From: Pseudomonadales bacterium
GTDB taxonomy: Bacteria; Pseudomonadota; Gammaproteobacteria; Pseudomonadales; Pseudohongiellaceae
Assembly: GCA_022827425.1 (NCBI GenBank)
Contig: JAJDSZ010000038.1
Location: forward strand, 32,779 to 96,778
Reading direction: 5' to 3'
DNA length: 64,000 nucleotides
Part shown: one piece after another, positions 32,112-44,909 of the stretch
Layout: every line of letters begins with the position of its first letter
Numbering within the stretch: position 1 is the first letter of the stretch
Notes under the pieces: model-generated
What the model was told of the DNA's origin: nothing
Seen by the model: only the letters and a program-made list of their open reading frames with translations
The model's database searches: none
Program-made: the position numbers and the translations under genes

Positions 32112-34364
32112 TTGGGGAGCGCGGTGGTGACTGAAAGGGGCCCGGCGCGAGCCGGGAAAGGATTCAGTTACCGACGAAAAGCGGCCGGTGCCAGTCGCAG
32201 CATCCTGGCCGCCGTGTTTTTGTTTTTTGCCCTGCCGGGCGTTCCAGGTCTCGCCTCCGCTCAGAGCGGCCCGTTGTTCCCCAGCCCGGGCGACCTGTTC
32301 CCCAGGCCGCCGGAGATCGAGCCGGCGGTGAACTTCTGGCTCAAGGTCTATACCGAAGTCGATACCAGCAACGGCTACCTCCACGACGCCAGGAATCTGG
32401 CCGTCATCTACCAGACCGTTTCCCGCGGCCAGCGCGCCATCGACCGGGCCAGAAACCGCATCCAGGAGGACCTGCGGGTGCTCGGCAGCGGTCGGCGCGG
32501 CGGGCTGAGCGAGCGGCAACAGGAAATTCTCGCGCTGTTTCCGCCGGGCGCCGGCAATGAGACCTTTCGCACCGCCGCGGACAATGTCCGCTTCCAACTG
32601 GGCCAGTCCGACCGCTTTCTCGGCGGACTCGAGCGCTCCGGCGCCTATCGGGGCCACATTCGCCGGGTCCTCGATGAGAAGGGCCTGCCCCAAGCGCTCG
32701 GCATCCTGCCCCACGTGGAATCATCCTTCAATCCCTCCGCGGTATCCAGCGCCTCGGCCTCGGGAATGTGGCAGTTCGGCCGGGCCACCGCCCAGCGCTT
32801 CATGCGCGTGGACCATATCGTCGACGAGCGCATGGACCCGTACATCGCAACCTATGCCGCCATGAGCCTGCTCGAATACAACTACAGCATCCTGGGCACC
32901 TGGCCCCTGGCCTTGACGGCCTACAATCACGGCGCAGGCGGCATGCGGCGGGCGGTGCGCGAGACCGGCGCCACCGATATCGAAACCATCATCGCCGAAT
33001 ACCGGGGCCGCCTATTCGGCTTTGCCTCGCGTAATTTTTACGCCCAGTTCCTGGCGGTCCTGCAGATCGAGAACAATCTGGAGCGGTATTTCGGCGATGT
33101 GGACATGCACCCGGCGCCGCGGTTTCGCGAAGTGCGTTTTGACGGATTCGTCGACGCCCAGGTGCTTGCCGACGTCCTCGGGCTCAGCCTCGAGCAGTTG
33201 CGCGCCGACAATCAGGCCCTGCGCCCGGCGGTCTGGGAAGGCAACAAGCGCATTCCCGCCGGATTCCCGGTGAAAGTGCGGGCCGGTGACGTGCCCCCGG
33301 GTGACCTGCTGGCCCTGGTCCCCGGTGAATTGCAGTTCGCCATCCAGACCCCGGACGTGGCCTATGTGGTGGAGCGGGGCGACAGCCTGTCCCGCATCGC
33401 CGAGCGCTTCGATACCAGCGTCTCCCGGCTTGTGGCCCTGAACCAGTTGCCGAATCGGCACCGGATTTCCATTGGCCAGCGTTTGCTCCTGCCCCAGGGC
33501 TATCCGGGAACAGCCGCCGGGGCGCCGCCAGTGGACGGCGTCTACAAAGTCAGCCGCGGCGACACGGTTTCGCGGATTGCAGAGCGTTTCGGCGTCAGCG
33601 AGCAAAACCTGCTCAGCGCCAATGGCATCGGCAATCCGGACCGCATCTACCCCGGCCAGGGTTTGCGCATCCCGGGGCTTGCGCCGGAAGAAGCCACCGG
33701 GGCGGTGGCCAGCGCTGCGCCAACACCGGCCCCTGAAAGCGAACCCGAACCCGCGCAGCTCGCCGGCAATGACGCCGGCGAGATTGCCGATCCCATCCTG
33801 CCGCCGGCGGCGGTATTGCCCGATGACCAGGTTCTCGATACCCCCGCAAGCAGCGGGGAAGAACAGGCCGAAGCCATCGATCCCGCGGTGGATGTGGCCG
33901 AAAGCAATCGCCTGCTTGCCGAAGAATTGGCGGCGGATCCATCGGATTACAGCGTAGACGGCAGTAGCAGCATCGAAATCCAGGCTTCCGAGACCCTGGG
34001 CCACTATGCCGAATGGCTCGACTTGCGCGCCGGCGATATCCGCCGTCTCAACAACATGGCCTTTCGCGATCCGGTCATCGTGGGCGAGCGCCTGCGGCTG
34101 GATTTTTCCCGGGTGAACATCGCCGAGTTCGAGCGTGCGCGGCGTGAATTCCACTCCGGCCTGCAGCGGGAATTCTTCGGCAACTACCATATCCAGGGTG
34201 TCATCAGCCATACCGTGCGGCGGGACGAGAATATCAGTTCGCTGGCAAGCAGCCGCTATGCGACCCCGTTCTGGCTATTGCGCCAGTACAATCCGGGCCT
34301 GGAACTCAATCGCCTGCAAATCGGCCAGGAAATCATCTTTCCCCGCCTGCAGCCCGTGCAATAA
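32112..34364 (+). CDS. Membrane-bound lytic murein transglycosylase with C-terminal LysM repeats (MltD-like)
   Basis: It has a signal peptide (ILAAVFLFFALPGVPGLASAQ), an SLT-type core (ESSFNPSAVSSASASGMWQF) and at least two LysM motifs (YVVERGDSLSRIAERF; YKVSRGDTVSRIAERF). The start is uncertain (TTG 32112, GTG 32124 or 32127), and every candidate lies inside family-4 repeat copy 2. Confidence 0.8.
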   Translation: MGSAVVTERGPARAGKGFSYRRKAAGASRSILAAVFLFFALPGVPGLASAQSGPLFPSPGDLFPRPPEIEPAVNFWLKVYTEVDTSNGYLHDARNLAVIYQTVSRGQRAIDRARNRIQEDLRVLGSGRRGGLSERQQEILALFPPGAGNETFRTAADNVRFQLGQSDRFLGGLERSGAYRGHIRRVLDEKGLPQALGILPHVESSFNPSAVSSASASGMWQFGRATAQRFMRVDHIVDERMDPYIATYAAMSLLEYNYSILGTWPLALTAYNHGAGGMRRAVRETGATDIETIIAEYRGRLFGFASRNFYAQFLAVLQIENNLERYFGDVDMHPAPRFREVRFDGFVDAQVLADVLGLSLEQLRADNQALRPAVWEGNKRIPAGFPVKVRAGDVPPGDLLALVPGELQFAIQTPDVAYVVERGDSLSRIAERFDTSVSRLVALNQLPNRHRISIGQRLLLPQGYPGTAAGAPPVDGVYKVSRGDTVSRIAERFGVSEQNLLSANGIGNPDRIYPGQGLRIPGLAPEEATGAVASAAPTPAPESEPEPAQLAGNDAGEIADPILPPAAVLPDDQVLDTPASSGEEQAEAIDPAVDVAESNRLLAEELAADPSDYSVDGSSSIEIQASETLGHYAEWLDLRAGDIRRLNNMAFRDPVIVGERLRLDFSRVNIAEFERARREFHSGLQREFFGNYHIQGVISHTVRRDENISSLASSRYATPFWLLRQYNPGLELNRLQIGQEIIFPRLQPVQ
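32115..32188. repeat. Family-4 repeat copy 2
   Basis: About 90% identical to 14192-14265. It overlaps the 5' end of the MltD-like ORF. Confidence 0.7.
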
Positions 34365-34370
34365 TCCACA

Positions 34371-34408
34371 CCCCTGTCATTCCGCGACTACGCGCGGAAT
34401 GACAGGGG
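34371..34408. repeat. Family-1 REP hairpin, perfect 16-6-16 palindrome
   Basis: cccctgtcattccgcg-actacg-cgcggaatgacagggg lies 7 nt after the MltD-like stop. It could act as a terminator or mRNA stabiliser, but it has no T-tract. Confidence 0.8.
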
Positions 34409-34468
34409 TCCACAAGGCCTGTTGCCCAGAAACCTTGGGACACCCATCCACCCATCGAGGACAGCCCA

Positions 34469-35125
34469 GTGAACCAAAATGCGAACGAGGCAAGCAGCCG
34501 GAGCCTGAAACTCCACGGCATCACCCTGAGCAACTACTACAACATCCTGAAAACCATCCTGATCGAAAAGGAAATGGATTTCACCGAAGAAGACACCAGT
34601 CCCAGCCAGGAGCCGGACCTGCTCGTCCGCAGTCCCATGGGCAAGGTGCCCTTTCTCGAAACCGAGCAGGGGTTTCTCACTGAAACCGGTGTCATCATCG
34701 ACTATATCGACGCACTCGGCGAAGGGCCGGATTTCTATCCCGCGGACGCCTTCGCCAGGGCCAAGGTGCAGGAACTCATGCGCCATATCGAGTTGTACAT
34801 CGAGTTGCCCGCCCGGCGGCTGTACGGCGAAGTGTTTTTCAATCGTCCCGCCAGCGAGGAAGAGAAGCAAGCCGTGCGCAAGCTGCTTGAGCGGGGCTTC
34901 GCCAGCCTCGGCACATTGGCGAGTTACGATCCCTGGCTGGCGGGCGACCAGATCACCTACGCCGATTTCTTCTTCCGTTTTACCGTCAGCCTTGCCACGG
35001 TGGTGTGCAGGAAAGCCCTGGATTGGGATGCCTACAATGAGGTTCCGAACATCCGGGAACTGCTGGAGAGGCTCAACGAGCGGGACTCCATCCGCCGCGT
35101 CATGAAAGACCAGGGGCGTGGATGA
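34469..35125 (+). CDS. Glutathione S-transferase family protein
   Basis: GST N- and C-domain text (SPMGKVPFLETEQG). The GTG start is preceded by GAGGA. Confidence 0.85.
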   Translation: MNQNANEASSRSLKLHGITLSNYYNILKTILIEKEMDFTEEDTSPSQEPDLLVRSPMGKVPFLETEQGFLTETGVIIDYIDALGEGPDFYPADAFARAKVQELMRHIELYIELPARRLYGEVFFNRPASEEEKQAVRKLLERGFASLGTLASYDPWLAGDQITYADFFFRFTVSLATVVCRKALDWDAYNEVPNIRELLERLNERDSIRRVMKDQGRG

Positions 35126-35169
35126 GAGCGGATTTGCAGCCGTGAATTCCTGCGGCGCAGGCTCCTGGG
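35111..35169. repeat. Family-3 repeat, short module
   Basis: caggggcgtgga..gagcggatttgcagccgtgaattcctgcggcgcaggctcc matches 63645-63700. It covers the last GST codons and the stop. Confidence 0.65.
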
Positions 35170-35225
35170 CCTCCTGAATTCGGCGCATCGGCGACCACGC
35201 AATCAGGCGTTACAGGGAAACAGCC

Positions 35226-35837
35226 ATGTCGCAGCAAGACAATGAGGACGACCGGGCGCTCACCCCGGCGTCCGCCGCAACCGTGGTGCTCGCCCGGCAG
35301 TCTGCCGACACCGGCGCCATTGAAGTGCTGCTGCTGCAAAGAAGCGCGCGGCTGGTGTTTCACGGCGGCCACTGGGTTTTTCCCGGCGGCAGGATCGATG
35401 CATCCGATTTCACCGCGGCCGGCGGCGCCCTGGAGTATCCGGCGGCCCGCGTGGCGGCCATCCGCGAGACCCGGGAAGAAACCGGCATTCCCATCCGGGA
35501 GGACCAGTTGATCCACGTGGGGCACTGGACTACGCCACCCGGCCTGCCGCGCAGATTCGCAACCTGGTTTTTTGTTTGCCCGCTGCGTGACCCGGTCACA
35601 GTGGCCATAGACCACAACGAAATCAGGGATTACCGCTGGATCACGCCCCGCCGGGCCCTGCTTGACGCCAGGGAAGAGAAATTCGTGCTGCCCCGTCCCA
35701 CCCGGGTCACCCTGTCCGACATCAGCGTGTACAACAGCCTCGATGATCTGGAACGAGGGCTGCGCCATGCCCCGATCCGGGTGTTTCCCCCCGAATCCCC
35801 CCATTACCGGCCGGCCGAGTCCGGTTGCGGGGGATAA
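35226..35837 (+). CDS. NUDIX hydrolase
   Basis: Nudix box GGRIDASD...AAIRETREETGI. Confidence 0.85.
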   Translation: MSQQDNEDDRALTPASAATVVLARQSADTGAIEVLLLQRSARLVFHGGHWVFPGGRIDASDFTAAGGALEYPAARVAAIRETREETGIPIREDQLIHVGHWTTPPGLPRRFATWFFVCPLRDPVTVAIDHNEIRDYRWITPRRALLDAREEKFVLPRPTRVTLSDISVYNSLDDLERGLRHAPIRVFPPESPHYRPAESGCGG

Positions 35838-35938
35838 AGCGCCGGTGAACCTTATGGAAAACCATCAGACATCGCGAACATGATAGCGGACGGTATCCGG
35901 TTGGCAAAATTTCCGGAGAATGGGTTACACTGGCGCCC

Positions 35939-36544
35939 ATGCGATTTCCCTTCAGAACATTGTGCGCGCTGCTGCTTTTCCTGGCCGCCCATGGCGCCGG
36001 TCATGCCCAGCAACTGACCGCCGTGGACACCGCCCGGCTTGCGGTGGACACCCTGCTGCGGCAAGTGGGGGAAACTCGGCAGTTGTTCGCCACCGACAGC
36101 GAAGCCTTCTACTCCGGCGTGGAAGGCGTGCTCGACCGGTTCGTGGATTTCGACGCGGTGGCGGCGGTGGTGATGAATCGCTATCTCGATGCCGCCAGCC
36201 CCGGCCAGCAGCAGCGATTCGGGCAGATACTGCGGGGCAACCTCACCCGCTTCTACGGCGCGGCCCTGCTGACCTATGTGGACCAGGAAGTCAGCTTCCG
36301 TCCTTCGGACAACCCGGACCGCGACAAACCGGAAAGCACCATCGTCACCATGGAGTTCGCAGGCGGCAACGGCCAGCCGGTGCTGTTCCAGTTCCAGATG
36401 TTCCTGAACGCCGACAACGAATGGAAACTGCGCAATCTGAGTCTGGCGGGCATCAATCTGGGCCGCCAGTACTTTACCCAGTTCAGCGCGCTGATGACCG
36501 AACATGGCAGCGACATCGACGCCGTGCTCGACAACTGGCAATAA
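35939..36544 (+). CDS. mlaC: Phospholipid-binding periplasmic protein MlaC (Ttg2D family)
   Basis: It has a signal peptide and Ttg2D-like text (DFDAVAAVVMNRY...WKLRNLSLAGINLG). It lies immediately upstream of ibaG-murA. Confidence 0.85.
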   Translation: MRFPFRTLCALLLFLAAHGAGHAQQLTAVDTARLAVDTLLRQVGETRQLFATDSEAFYSGVEGVLDRFVDFDAVAAVVMNRYLDAASPGQQQRFGQILRGNLTRFYGAALLTYVDQEVSFRPSDNPDRDKPESTIVTMEFAGGNGQPVLFQFQMFLNADNEWKLRNLSLAGINLGRQYFTQFSALMTEHGSDIDAVLDNWQ

Positions 36545-36561
36545 CAGGCGGAGAAAGAACC

Positions 36562-38128
<1,567 letters not shown>

Positions 38129-38150
38129 AAGAATCGGGATGGAAAGCGCC

Positions 38151-38801
38151 ATGAATTCCGCTACCGAAACCATCGTCATCGCACTCACCCGGGGCCGGAT
38201 TCTCGCCGAAACCCTGCCCCTGCTCGAACAGGCGGGTGTGCAGCCGCTGGAGGACATGGCCTGCAGCCGCAAGCTGAAGTTCCCCACGAGCATGGCCGGC
38301 GTGAGCCTGCTGGTCATGCGCGGCTCGGATGTGCCGGTCTATGTGGAGAACGGCGCAGCGGACATGGGAGTGGCCGGCAAGGACATGCTGCTTGAATACG
38401 GCGGCGACGGCCTCTACGAACCACTTGATCTCGGCATAGCCCGCTGCCGCCTGATGACGGCAATGCCGGAGGGCGCAAGCGAGACCGGGGGCAGGCTGCG
38501 GGTCGCCACCAAATTCACCCGTATCGCCAAGCGCTGGTTTGCCGAGCAGGGCCGGCAGGTGGAGTTGATCAGGCTCGATGGCGCCCTGGAAATCGCCCCG
38601 GCCATGGGCCTGGCGGATGCCATCGTCGATATCGTCGATACCGGCAATACCCTGCGCGCCAATGGTCTCGCGCCGGCTGAAACCATTGCCGAGATCAGTT
38701 CCCGGGTCATCGTCAACAAGGCTTCGATGAAAATCAAGAGCCGGCCGGTCCGGGCCATACTCGAGCGCCTTGCCGCCGCCGTGCCGGCACAACCCCTGTA
38801 A
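38151..38801 (+). CDS. hisG: ATP phosphoribosyltransferase (short form)
   Basis: The text [16 protein letters not shown]...RVATKF is typical of HisG. The start could be 38139 or 38151. Confidence 0.9.
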   Translation: MNSATETIVIALTRGRILAETLPLLEQAGVQPLEDMACSRKLKFPTSMAGVSLLVMRGSDVPVYVENGAADMGVAGKDMLLEYGGDGLYEPLDLGIARCRLMTAMPEGASETGGRLRVATKFTRIAKRWFAEQGRQVELIRLDGALEIAPAMGLADAIVDIVDTGNTLRANGLAPAETIAEISSRVIVNKASMKIKSRPVRAILERLAAAVPAQPL

Positions 38802-38811
38802 TCGCCGGACC

Positions 38812-40125
38812 ATGAACGATTCAGCGCTCGATATCAGCACCCTGATCGCCTCCGGACCGGATTTCGACGGCCGCCTCGCCGCCGCACTTGACCGGCAGAT
38901 GCTCGTGGGTGAAGAAGTGACGGGACAGGTGCGGGAGATTCTGGCGGATGTGCGCGCCCGGGGCGATGCCGCGGTGCTTGAATACACCAGACGCTTCGAT
39001 GGACTCGATGCCGGTGGCATGGACGGTTTGACCGTGTCCCGGGAACAGATGGAGCAGTCCCTGGCGCGGTTGCCCGAGGCCGCCGCACACGCGCTGGGCC
39101 ATGCCGCGGAGCGCATCCGCCGCTACCACGAGGCCCAGAAGCAGGGCTCCTGGCAGTATGTCGAGGCGGACGGTTCGGTGTACGGACAGAAGGTGGGCGC
39201 CCTGGACCGGGTGGGCATCTACGTGCCAGGCGGAAAGGCGAGCTATCCCTCTTCGGTGCTGATGCTGGCCATTCCCGCCAGCGTCGCCGGCGTGGAGGAA
39301 GTCATTGCCACCGTGCCGCTGGCGCACGGCGCCGGCAGCGACATGGTGTTCGCCGCGGCGGCCCTGGCCGGAGTGGACCGCCTCCATACCATCGGTGGCG
39401 CCCAGGCCATCGCAGCCCTGGCTTACGGCACGGAAAGCATTGCCAGGGTCGACAAGATTGCCGGCCCCGGCAATATCTACGTCACCATCGCCAAGAAGCT
39501 GGTGTATGGCGAAGTGGGCATCGACATGATCGCCGGCCCCACCGAGTTGACGGTAATCTGCGATGGCGCCACCGACCCCGACTGGATCGCCATGGACCTG
39601 TTTTCCCAGGCCGAACACGACGAACAGGCGCAGTCGATCCTGATTGCCGCCGACACCGATTATCTGGATGCGGTCAAGGCGGCCATGGCCCGGCTGCTGC
39701 CCGATATGGAACGGCGCGGGATCATCGCCGAAAGCCTCAACCGGCGCGCCGTATTCATTCTTGCCGAAGACCTGGAGCAGGCCGCCGCCATCAGCAACCG
39801 GATTGCGCCAGAACACTTGGAGTTGTCGGTGGCCGAGCCGGAAGCGCTATTGGAAAAGATCAGGCACGCCGGCGCCATTTTTCTCGGCCGCTACAGCGCC
39901 GAGGCCCTGGGCGACTACTGCGCGGGACCGAGCCATGTGCTGCCCACTTCGGGCACGGCGCGTTTCTCCTCGGCGCTGGGCGTGCCGGATTTCCAGAAGC
40001 GCAGTTCGATCATACACTGCTCGGCGGAGGGCGCCGCCGCCCTTGCCGCCACTGCAGCAGAACTTGGCCGCCGGGAAAATCTCGATGCCCACGCCCGCTC
40101 CGCGGAGTATCGCCTGCCGAATTGA
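38812..40125 (+). CDS. hisD: Histidinol dehydrogenase
   Basis: Motif [10 protein letters not shown]. About 437 aa from the ATG at 38812. Confidence 0.95.
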   Translation: MNDSALDISTLIASGPDFDGRLAAALDRQMLVGEEVTGQVREILADVRARGDAAVLEYTRRFDGLDAGGMDGLTVSREQMEQSLARLPEAAAHALGHAAERIRRYHEAQKQGSWQYVEADGSVYGQKVGALDRVGIYVPGGKASYPSSVLMLAIPASVAGVEEVIATVPLAHGAGSDMVFAAAALAGVDRLHTIGGAQAIAALAYGTESIARVDKIAGPGNIYVTIAKKLVYGEVGIDMIAGPTELTVICDGATDPDWIAMDLFSQAEHDEQAQSILIAADTDYLDAVKAAMARLLPDMERRGIIAESLNRRAVFILAEDLEQAAAISNRIAPEHLELSVAEPEALLEKIRHAGAIFLGRYSAEALGDYCAGPSHVLPTSGTARFSSALGVPDFQKRSSIIHCSAEGAAALAATAAELGRRENLDAHARSAEYRLPN

Positions 40126-40131
40126 AACGGC

Positions 40132-41262
40132 TCAAGGGTCGAACACAATGGCCTGGCCGAAGCCGAGTGCGGTTTCGAACTCCAATGTGCGGCCTTCCCG
40201 GTACACCTGCACCCGCACCACATCGCCCGGTTTCTTTTCCCGCACTTCCATGACGATGCTTTCGTCATCCACCACGGTGCTGTCATTGATGGCGGTGATC
40301 ACGTCCCCCGCCAGAATGCCGACCCGGGCCGCGGCGCCGCCTTCGTCGACGCTTTCCACGAGCATGCCGCGAATATTGTCGACGCCGAAGAACAGTTCGC
40401 TGGACTGAGCGGTGAGGGCCTCGCCGGTGAGGACGCCGAGGTAGCCGGAATTGGCGGCGATGGCTTCCTCCACGAGTTCCCTGGCGGCACTCACCGCGAG
40501 CTGCGCCGGCGTGGCGAAGCCGATGCCTTCAAAATTGCCCGATTCCGACAGAATCGAGGAATTGACTCCCACCAGCCGCCCCGCGCTGTCGATGAGCGCG
40601 CCGCCGGAACTGCCGGGATTGATGGCGGCGTCGGTCTGGATCATGCTGACCGGGAAATCGAGGCCGTGGCTCAGGGAACTGACGATGCCCCGGGACACCG
40701 ACTGGCCGATATTGTGTGGATAGCCGATGGAAAAAACCTCGTCACCCACCGCCAGCGCGCTTTCATCGCCCAGTGGAATCGGTGTCAGATCGCCCATGTT
40801 GATGTGCAGCACCGCCAGATCGTTGGCTTTGTCCCAGGCGATGACCGTGGCGGGAGTATGACGGCCGTCGCTCAGGCTTACCGTGGCGTCAAAGGCGTCG
40901 AACAGGGTGTCCACCACGTGCAGATTGGTGAGGATGAATCCGCGCGGGTCGATGATGACCCCCGAGCCCAGGCTTTCCTGCTCGCCCAGATAGAGATCGA
41001 CCCGGTCGGCGCCGGTGCGCTCGATGGCTTCCACATTGACCCGGGTGGCGCTGATGCTCACTACCGACGCCGACGCCCCGGCGATGGCCTCATAATGATC
41101 CGACGCGGCGGTTTCCTGTTCGGCGGCAAGCCCGTCGAGCAGGCCGCGGATTTCCCGCAACTGAAAAAACTGCAGGGCGGCCACGGCGACCAGCACGCCG
41201 CAGATCATCGGCCAGCCGGCAAAGCCCAACAGTCGCAGTAAACGGCTCATTGCAGTCGCCAT
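40132..41262 (-). CDS. S1C serine endoprotease with an N-terminal TM segment and one PDZ domain (AlgW/DegS-like)
   Basis: It has the catalytic Ser motif INPGSSGGALID, the His region TNLHVV and a single PDZ domain. Its position next to hisD and cysDN matches that of algW in Pseudomonas. Confidence 0.85.
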   Translation of the reverse strand: MATAMSRLLRLLGFAGWPMICGVLVAVAALQFFQLREIRGLLDGLAAEQETAASDHYEAIAGASASVVSISATRVNVEAIERTGADRVDLYLGEQESLGSGVIIDPRGFILTNLHVVDTLFDAFDATVSLSDGRHTPATVIAWDKANDLAVLHINMGDLTPIPLGDESALAVGDEVFSIGYPHNIGQSVSRGIVSSLSHGLDFPVSMIQTDAAINPGSSGGALIDSAGRLVGVNSSILSESGNFEGIGFATPAQLAVSAARELVEEAIAANSGYLGVLTGEALTAQSSELFFGVDNIRGMLVESVDEGGAAARVGILAGDVITAINDSTVVDDESIVMEVREKKPGDVVRVQVYREGRTLEFETALGFGQAIVFDP

Positions 41263-41379
41263 ATCGTTCTGTTCATGCCAGCGCGCCAGGCTCCCGGCAG
41301 GTCTTCAGTCTGCGCCAGATTGGCCGCGAGCGCAATGAAAGGCGCCGCAAAAGCTTATCCTGCGACCCTTCCAGTCACT

Positions 41380-43290
41380 TCAGACCACCCGCTCCTCTTC
41401 AAGTCGCGCCAGCACCTGGTCCACGCAGGCTTCCACCGGAAACGCGCTGGTGTCGAGTTCGAGCCAGGGCTCGGCAGGGGGCCGGTAGGGAAAGGAAAGC
41501 CCCGGCACATGTGCGGATTCGTTTTCTCTGGCGGCGGCGTACAGCCCGCTCGGGTCGCGTTGCATGCAAACCTCCAGCGGCGGGTTGAGATACACCAGAA
41601 AACAGTTGCGCCGGCCAATCACGCTGATGGCGTGCTCCCGGGAGTCTTCGTTGGGCGCCACGAAAGCGGCGCAGCAGATCAGCCCGGAATCGTTCACGAA
41701 GCGCGCCACATGGGCGCTGCGGCGCAGATTCTCGGCGCGGCCCTCGGCGTCGTGCGGCAGGTCGCGGCTGATGCCGAGACGCATGGTCTTGCCGTCCAGC
41801 ACGGTGCCGAAGCGGCCAAGGTCGAACAATCGTCGCTCCAGGGCGTGGGCCAGGGTCGATTTGCCCGAGCCGGAGACGCCGATGAACATGACCGTCACGG
41901 GCCGCTGGCCAAAGCGGGCCGCGCGCTCGCTGCCGCTCACATGGCCGCTTGCGCTGCTGCCTGTCGGGGCGCCCCCCCGGGCGTGTTCACAATGGATCAT
42001 GCCGGCGCCCACGGTGACATTCGAGAGCCGGTCTATGAGAATGAATCCACCGGTGGCGCGGTTGTCCCGGTAGCTGTCGAAATGCACCGCCTGCTCCAGG
42101 GCGATGTCGAGCCTGCCGATTTCATTCAATTCGAGTCTGGCGGCGGGGCGCTCGGCAAGATTGGAGATGTCCACCACATGCCGCACGGATTTCACCGTGC
42201 CGATCACGCTGCGGGCGCCGAGCTTGATTTCGTACTGCACACCGGGAAGCAGCGGGTCCTCCGCCATCCACACCAGGCTGGCGTCGAGGCGGTCACCCAC
42301 GGCGGGAAGATTGTCGGGATGGGTGATCAGGTCGCCGCGGCTGAGGTCGATCTCGTGCTCCAGGGTCAGGGTCACCGCCATATCGGCCCAGGCGAGTTCG
42401 AGTTCCTCATCGTAGGTGACAATGGACTTGATGCGGCTCCTGCGGCCCGAAGGCAGCACCACGACTTCGTCGCCCTTGCGCACCATCCCAGAGGCCACGG
42501 TGCCGCAATAGCCGCGGAAATTGAGATTGGGACGGTTGACGTACTGCACCGGAAAGCGGAAGTCGGTGAAGTTGCGGTTGGCGGAAAGCTCCACGGTTTC
42601 CAGCATGGCCATCAGCGCCTTGCCCTGGTACCAGGGCATTGCCGGGCTGGCATGGACCACGTTGTCGCCATGTTTGGCGGACAGCGGAATGAAATGCGGT
42701 TCAATCCCTTCGAGCCCCGCGCTGAAGGCCAGGTATTCCTCGCGAATACGGGTGAAAACGTCTTCGGCGTAATCCACCAGGTCCATCTTGTTCACCGCCA
42801 CGATCACCTGCCGGATGCCGAGCAGGGAGACGATGAAGCTGTGCCGCCGGGTCTGGATCAGCACGCCGTGTCGGGCGTCGATGAGGATAATCGCCAGATC
42901 GCAGTTGGAGGCGCCGGTGGCCATGTTGCGGGTGTACTGCTCGTGGCCCGGCGTGTCGGCGATGATGAACTTGCGTTTCGCGGTGGAAAAATAGCGGTAG
43001 GCCACATCGATGGTGATGCCCTGTTCGCGCTCGGCCTGGAGGCCGTCCACGAGCAGGGACAGGTCGAGCTTGCCGTCGAGGCTGCCCGAGCGCAGGCTGT
43101 CGGCTTCGATGGCGGCGAGCTGGTCTTCGTATATCAGCTTGGAATCGTGGAGCAGGCGGCCGATGAGGGTGCTCTTGCCGTCATCGACGCTGCCGCAGGT
43201 CAGAAAGCGCAGCAGTTCCTTGCGCTCGTGCTGGGCGAGGTAAGCCTTGATGTCGGCCGGGGCCAGGTCGGGTTGCTGTGGCTGGTTCAT
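41380..43290 (-). CDS. cysNC: Bifunctional sulfate adenylyltransferase subunit 1 / adenylylsulfate kinase (CysN-CysC fusion)
   Basis: It has an N-terminal GTPase ([16 protein letters not shown]) and a C-terminal APS kinase P-loop ([11 protein letters not shown]). I chose the ATG at 43290. Confidence 0.93.
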   Translation of the reverse strand: MNQPQQPDLAPADIKAYLAQHERKELLRFLTCGSVDDGKSTLIGRLLHDSKLIYEDQLAAIEADSLRSGSLDGKLDLSLLVDGLQAEREQGITIDVAYRYFSTAKRKFIIADTPGHEQYTRNMATGASNCDLAIILIDARHGVLIQTRRHSFIVSLLGIRQVIVAVNKMDLVDYAEDVFTRIREEYLAFSAGLEGIEPHFIPLSAKHGDNVVHASPAMPWYQGKALMAMLETVELSANRNFTDFRFPVQYVNRPNLNFRGYCGTVASGMVRKGDEVVVLPSGRRSRIKSIVTYDEELELAWADMAVTLTLEHEIDLSRGDLITHPDNLPAVGDRLDASLVWMAEDPLLPGVQYEIKLGARSVIGTVKSVRHVVDISNLAERPAARLELNEIGRLDIALEQAVHFDSYRDNRATGGFILIDRLSNVTVGAGMIHCEHARGGAPTGSSASGHVSGSERAARFGQRPVTVMFIGVSGSGKSTLAHALERRLFDLGRFGTVLDGKTMRLGISRDLPHDAEGRAENLRRSAHVARFVNDSGLICCAAFVAPNEDSREHAISVIGRRNCFLVYLNPPLEVCMQRDPSGLYAAARENESAHVPGLSFPYRPPAEPWLELDTSAFPVEACVDQVLARLEEERVV

Positions 43291-43320
43291 AAGTTCATTT
43301 GCGCGGGCTCCCAGGCGCAA

Positions 43321-44229
43321 TCAAAAATAGCCCTGGCGCTTCTTCTGTTCCATGGACGCCGCCTGATCCGAGTCGATCAGGCGGCCCTGACGCTCGGAGC
43401 TTGTGGCCAGCAGCATTTCCCGGATGATTTCCGGCAAGGTGTCAGCGTCCGATTCCACTGCGCCGGTGAGCGGGTAGCAGCCCAGGGTGCGGAAGCGCAC
43501 CATCTTGAGTTGTACCGGCTCGACCTGGGGCAGGGGCATGCGGTTGTCGTCCACGAGGATGTCCACGCCGTCGATATTCACCACGGGGCGCCGCCTGGCG
43601 AAATACAGCGGCACGATTTCGATATCGTTGAGGTAGATGTACTGCCAGATGTCGAGTTCGGTCCAGTTCGACAGGGGAAACACCCGGATGCTTTCGCCCT
43701 TGCTGATTCTGGTGTTGTACAGGTTCCACAACTCAGGCCGCTGGTTGCGCGGGTCCCACACGTGATTGCGGTCGCGGAAGGAGAACACGCGCTCCTTGGC
43801 GCGGGATTTTTCCTCGTCCCGCCGCGCCCCGCCGAAGGCGGCGTCGAATCGGTGCCGATTCAACGCCTGTTTCAGCGCCTGGGTCTTCATCACGTCGGTG
43901 TGTTTTTCGCTGCCGTGATCAAAGGGATTGATGCCGGCCCTCACTCCCTCCTCATTGATGTGGACGATCAACTCAAGGCCGAACTGTTTCGCCTGGGCGT
44001 CGCGAAAGGCGATCATTTCGCGAAACTTCCAGGTGGTGTCCACATGCAGCAGCGGAAATGGCAGGCGCCCGGGATAAAAGGCCTTGCGGGCAAGATGGAG
44101 CATCACCGAGGAATCCTTGCCGATGGAGTACAGCATCACCGGATTGCCGAAGGTGGCGGCAACCTCCCGGATGATATGGATGCTCTCGGCCTCGAGTTGC
44201 TTCAGATGCGTAAGATTGCAGGCGGTCAT
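43321..44229 (-). CDS. cysD: Sulfate adenylyltransferase subunit 2
   Basis: PP-loop text [20 protein letters not shown]. 302 aa. Confidence 0.95.
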   Translation of the reverse strand: MTACNLTHLKQLEAESIHIIREVAATFGNPVMLYSIGKDSSVMLHLARKAFYPGRLPFPLLHVDTTWKFREMIAFRDAQAKQFGLELIVHINEEGVRAGINPFDHGSEKHTDVMKTQALKQALNRHRFDAAFGGARRDEEKSRAKERVFSFRDRNHVWDPRNQRPELWNLYNTRISKGESIRVFPLSNWTELDIWQYIYLNDIEIVPLYFARRRPVVNIDGVDILVDDNRMPLPQVEPVQLKMVRFRTLGCYPLTGAVESDADTLPEIIREMLLATSSERQGRLIDSDQAASMEQKKRQGYF

Positions 44230-44251
44230 CGATGGGGTGAAGTTCTCTGCT

Positions 44252-44722
44252 TCAACGATTCTCGCCCTGGTTCATGTACTCGTCATCCGGTTTCCTGCCG
44301 GGTTTTTCCAGGCCAAAATCCTCGGCCAGGGCGCCCTTGCGGGACGGGTCGGCCTTGGCGGCATAGTCTTTGGGAGGCAGTACGCCGAGTTCCTCGGCTT
44401 CCGGCGTGTTCTCGAAAACCGATTCATCGTTGGCGGGCAGCAGGCGGCTGGCGACTTCGGCGGAGCAAAGCGACTGGGCGCCGCTGGCGAGATGCTGGTA
44501 CACATCCCGGTAGCTTTCGGTCATCTGCTTGACGAGGGTGGCGGTGGCGCTGAAGTGCTCGGACACGCTTTCGCGGTAATCACGGTCGCTTTCCCGCAGG
44601 CGGCGCAACTGCTCTTCGAGTTCGCGCACCCGTGCCGGGCCGCCGCCGAGCCGGCTGGCGAAGGCGGCGCCGATTACCAGCCCAAGGGCCAGACACGCGG
44701 TTCCGAGAAGCCAGATAGTCAA
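44252..44722 (-). CDS. zapG: Z-ring associated protein ZapG (YhcB, DUF1043)
   Basis: It has an N-terminal TM segment followed by a coiled coil. The text [32 protein letters not shown] parallels E. coli YhcB. I chose the TTG at 44722. It is divergent from zapE. Confidence 0.75.
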   Translation of the reverse strand: MTIWLLGTACLALGLVIGAAFASRLGGGPARVRELEEQLRRLRESDRDYRESVSEHFSATATLVKQMTESYRDVYQHLASGAQSLCSAEVASRLLPANDESVFENTPEAEELGVLPPKDYAAKADPSRKGALAEDFGLEKPGRKPDDEYMNQGENR

Positions 44723-44909
44723 GTGAGAAACCTTCGCTGCGCGAGCCGGGAAGTCAACATCAGGGAAGGGGGAGTATACCGCATGCGGGGTTGAGAGGCT
44801 TCGACAGGTGGGCGCGGGTGGGCGCGGGACACCCACTTTCTCGTCTGGTGATATTCTTTTGCGCCGTTGTGTTCCGGAAATGCTTTTCGGGCCTGGAAGG
44901 ACTTCCTTT

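Noticed and set aside
31905-32714. A 269-aa minus-strand ORF
   Set aside because: It is antisense to the MltD-like gene, and its C-terminal part is translated from the family-1 and family-4 repeats.
41380-43290. The CysN-CysC fusion as a novelty
   Set aside because: Fused sulfate adenylyltransferase large subunit and APS kinase is a well-known arrangement in many proteobacteria, including pseudomonads.
41275-44532. A very long plus-strand ORF (1085 aa)
   Set aside because: It lies entirely antisense to the well-supported cysNC, cysD and zapG genes. Its translation is a low-complexity, Ala/Gly/Arg/His-rich sequence with no recognisable motif. This is the typical stop-poor antisense frame of GC-rich DNA.
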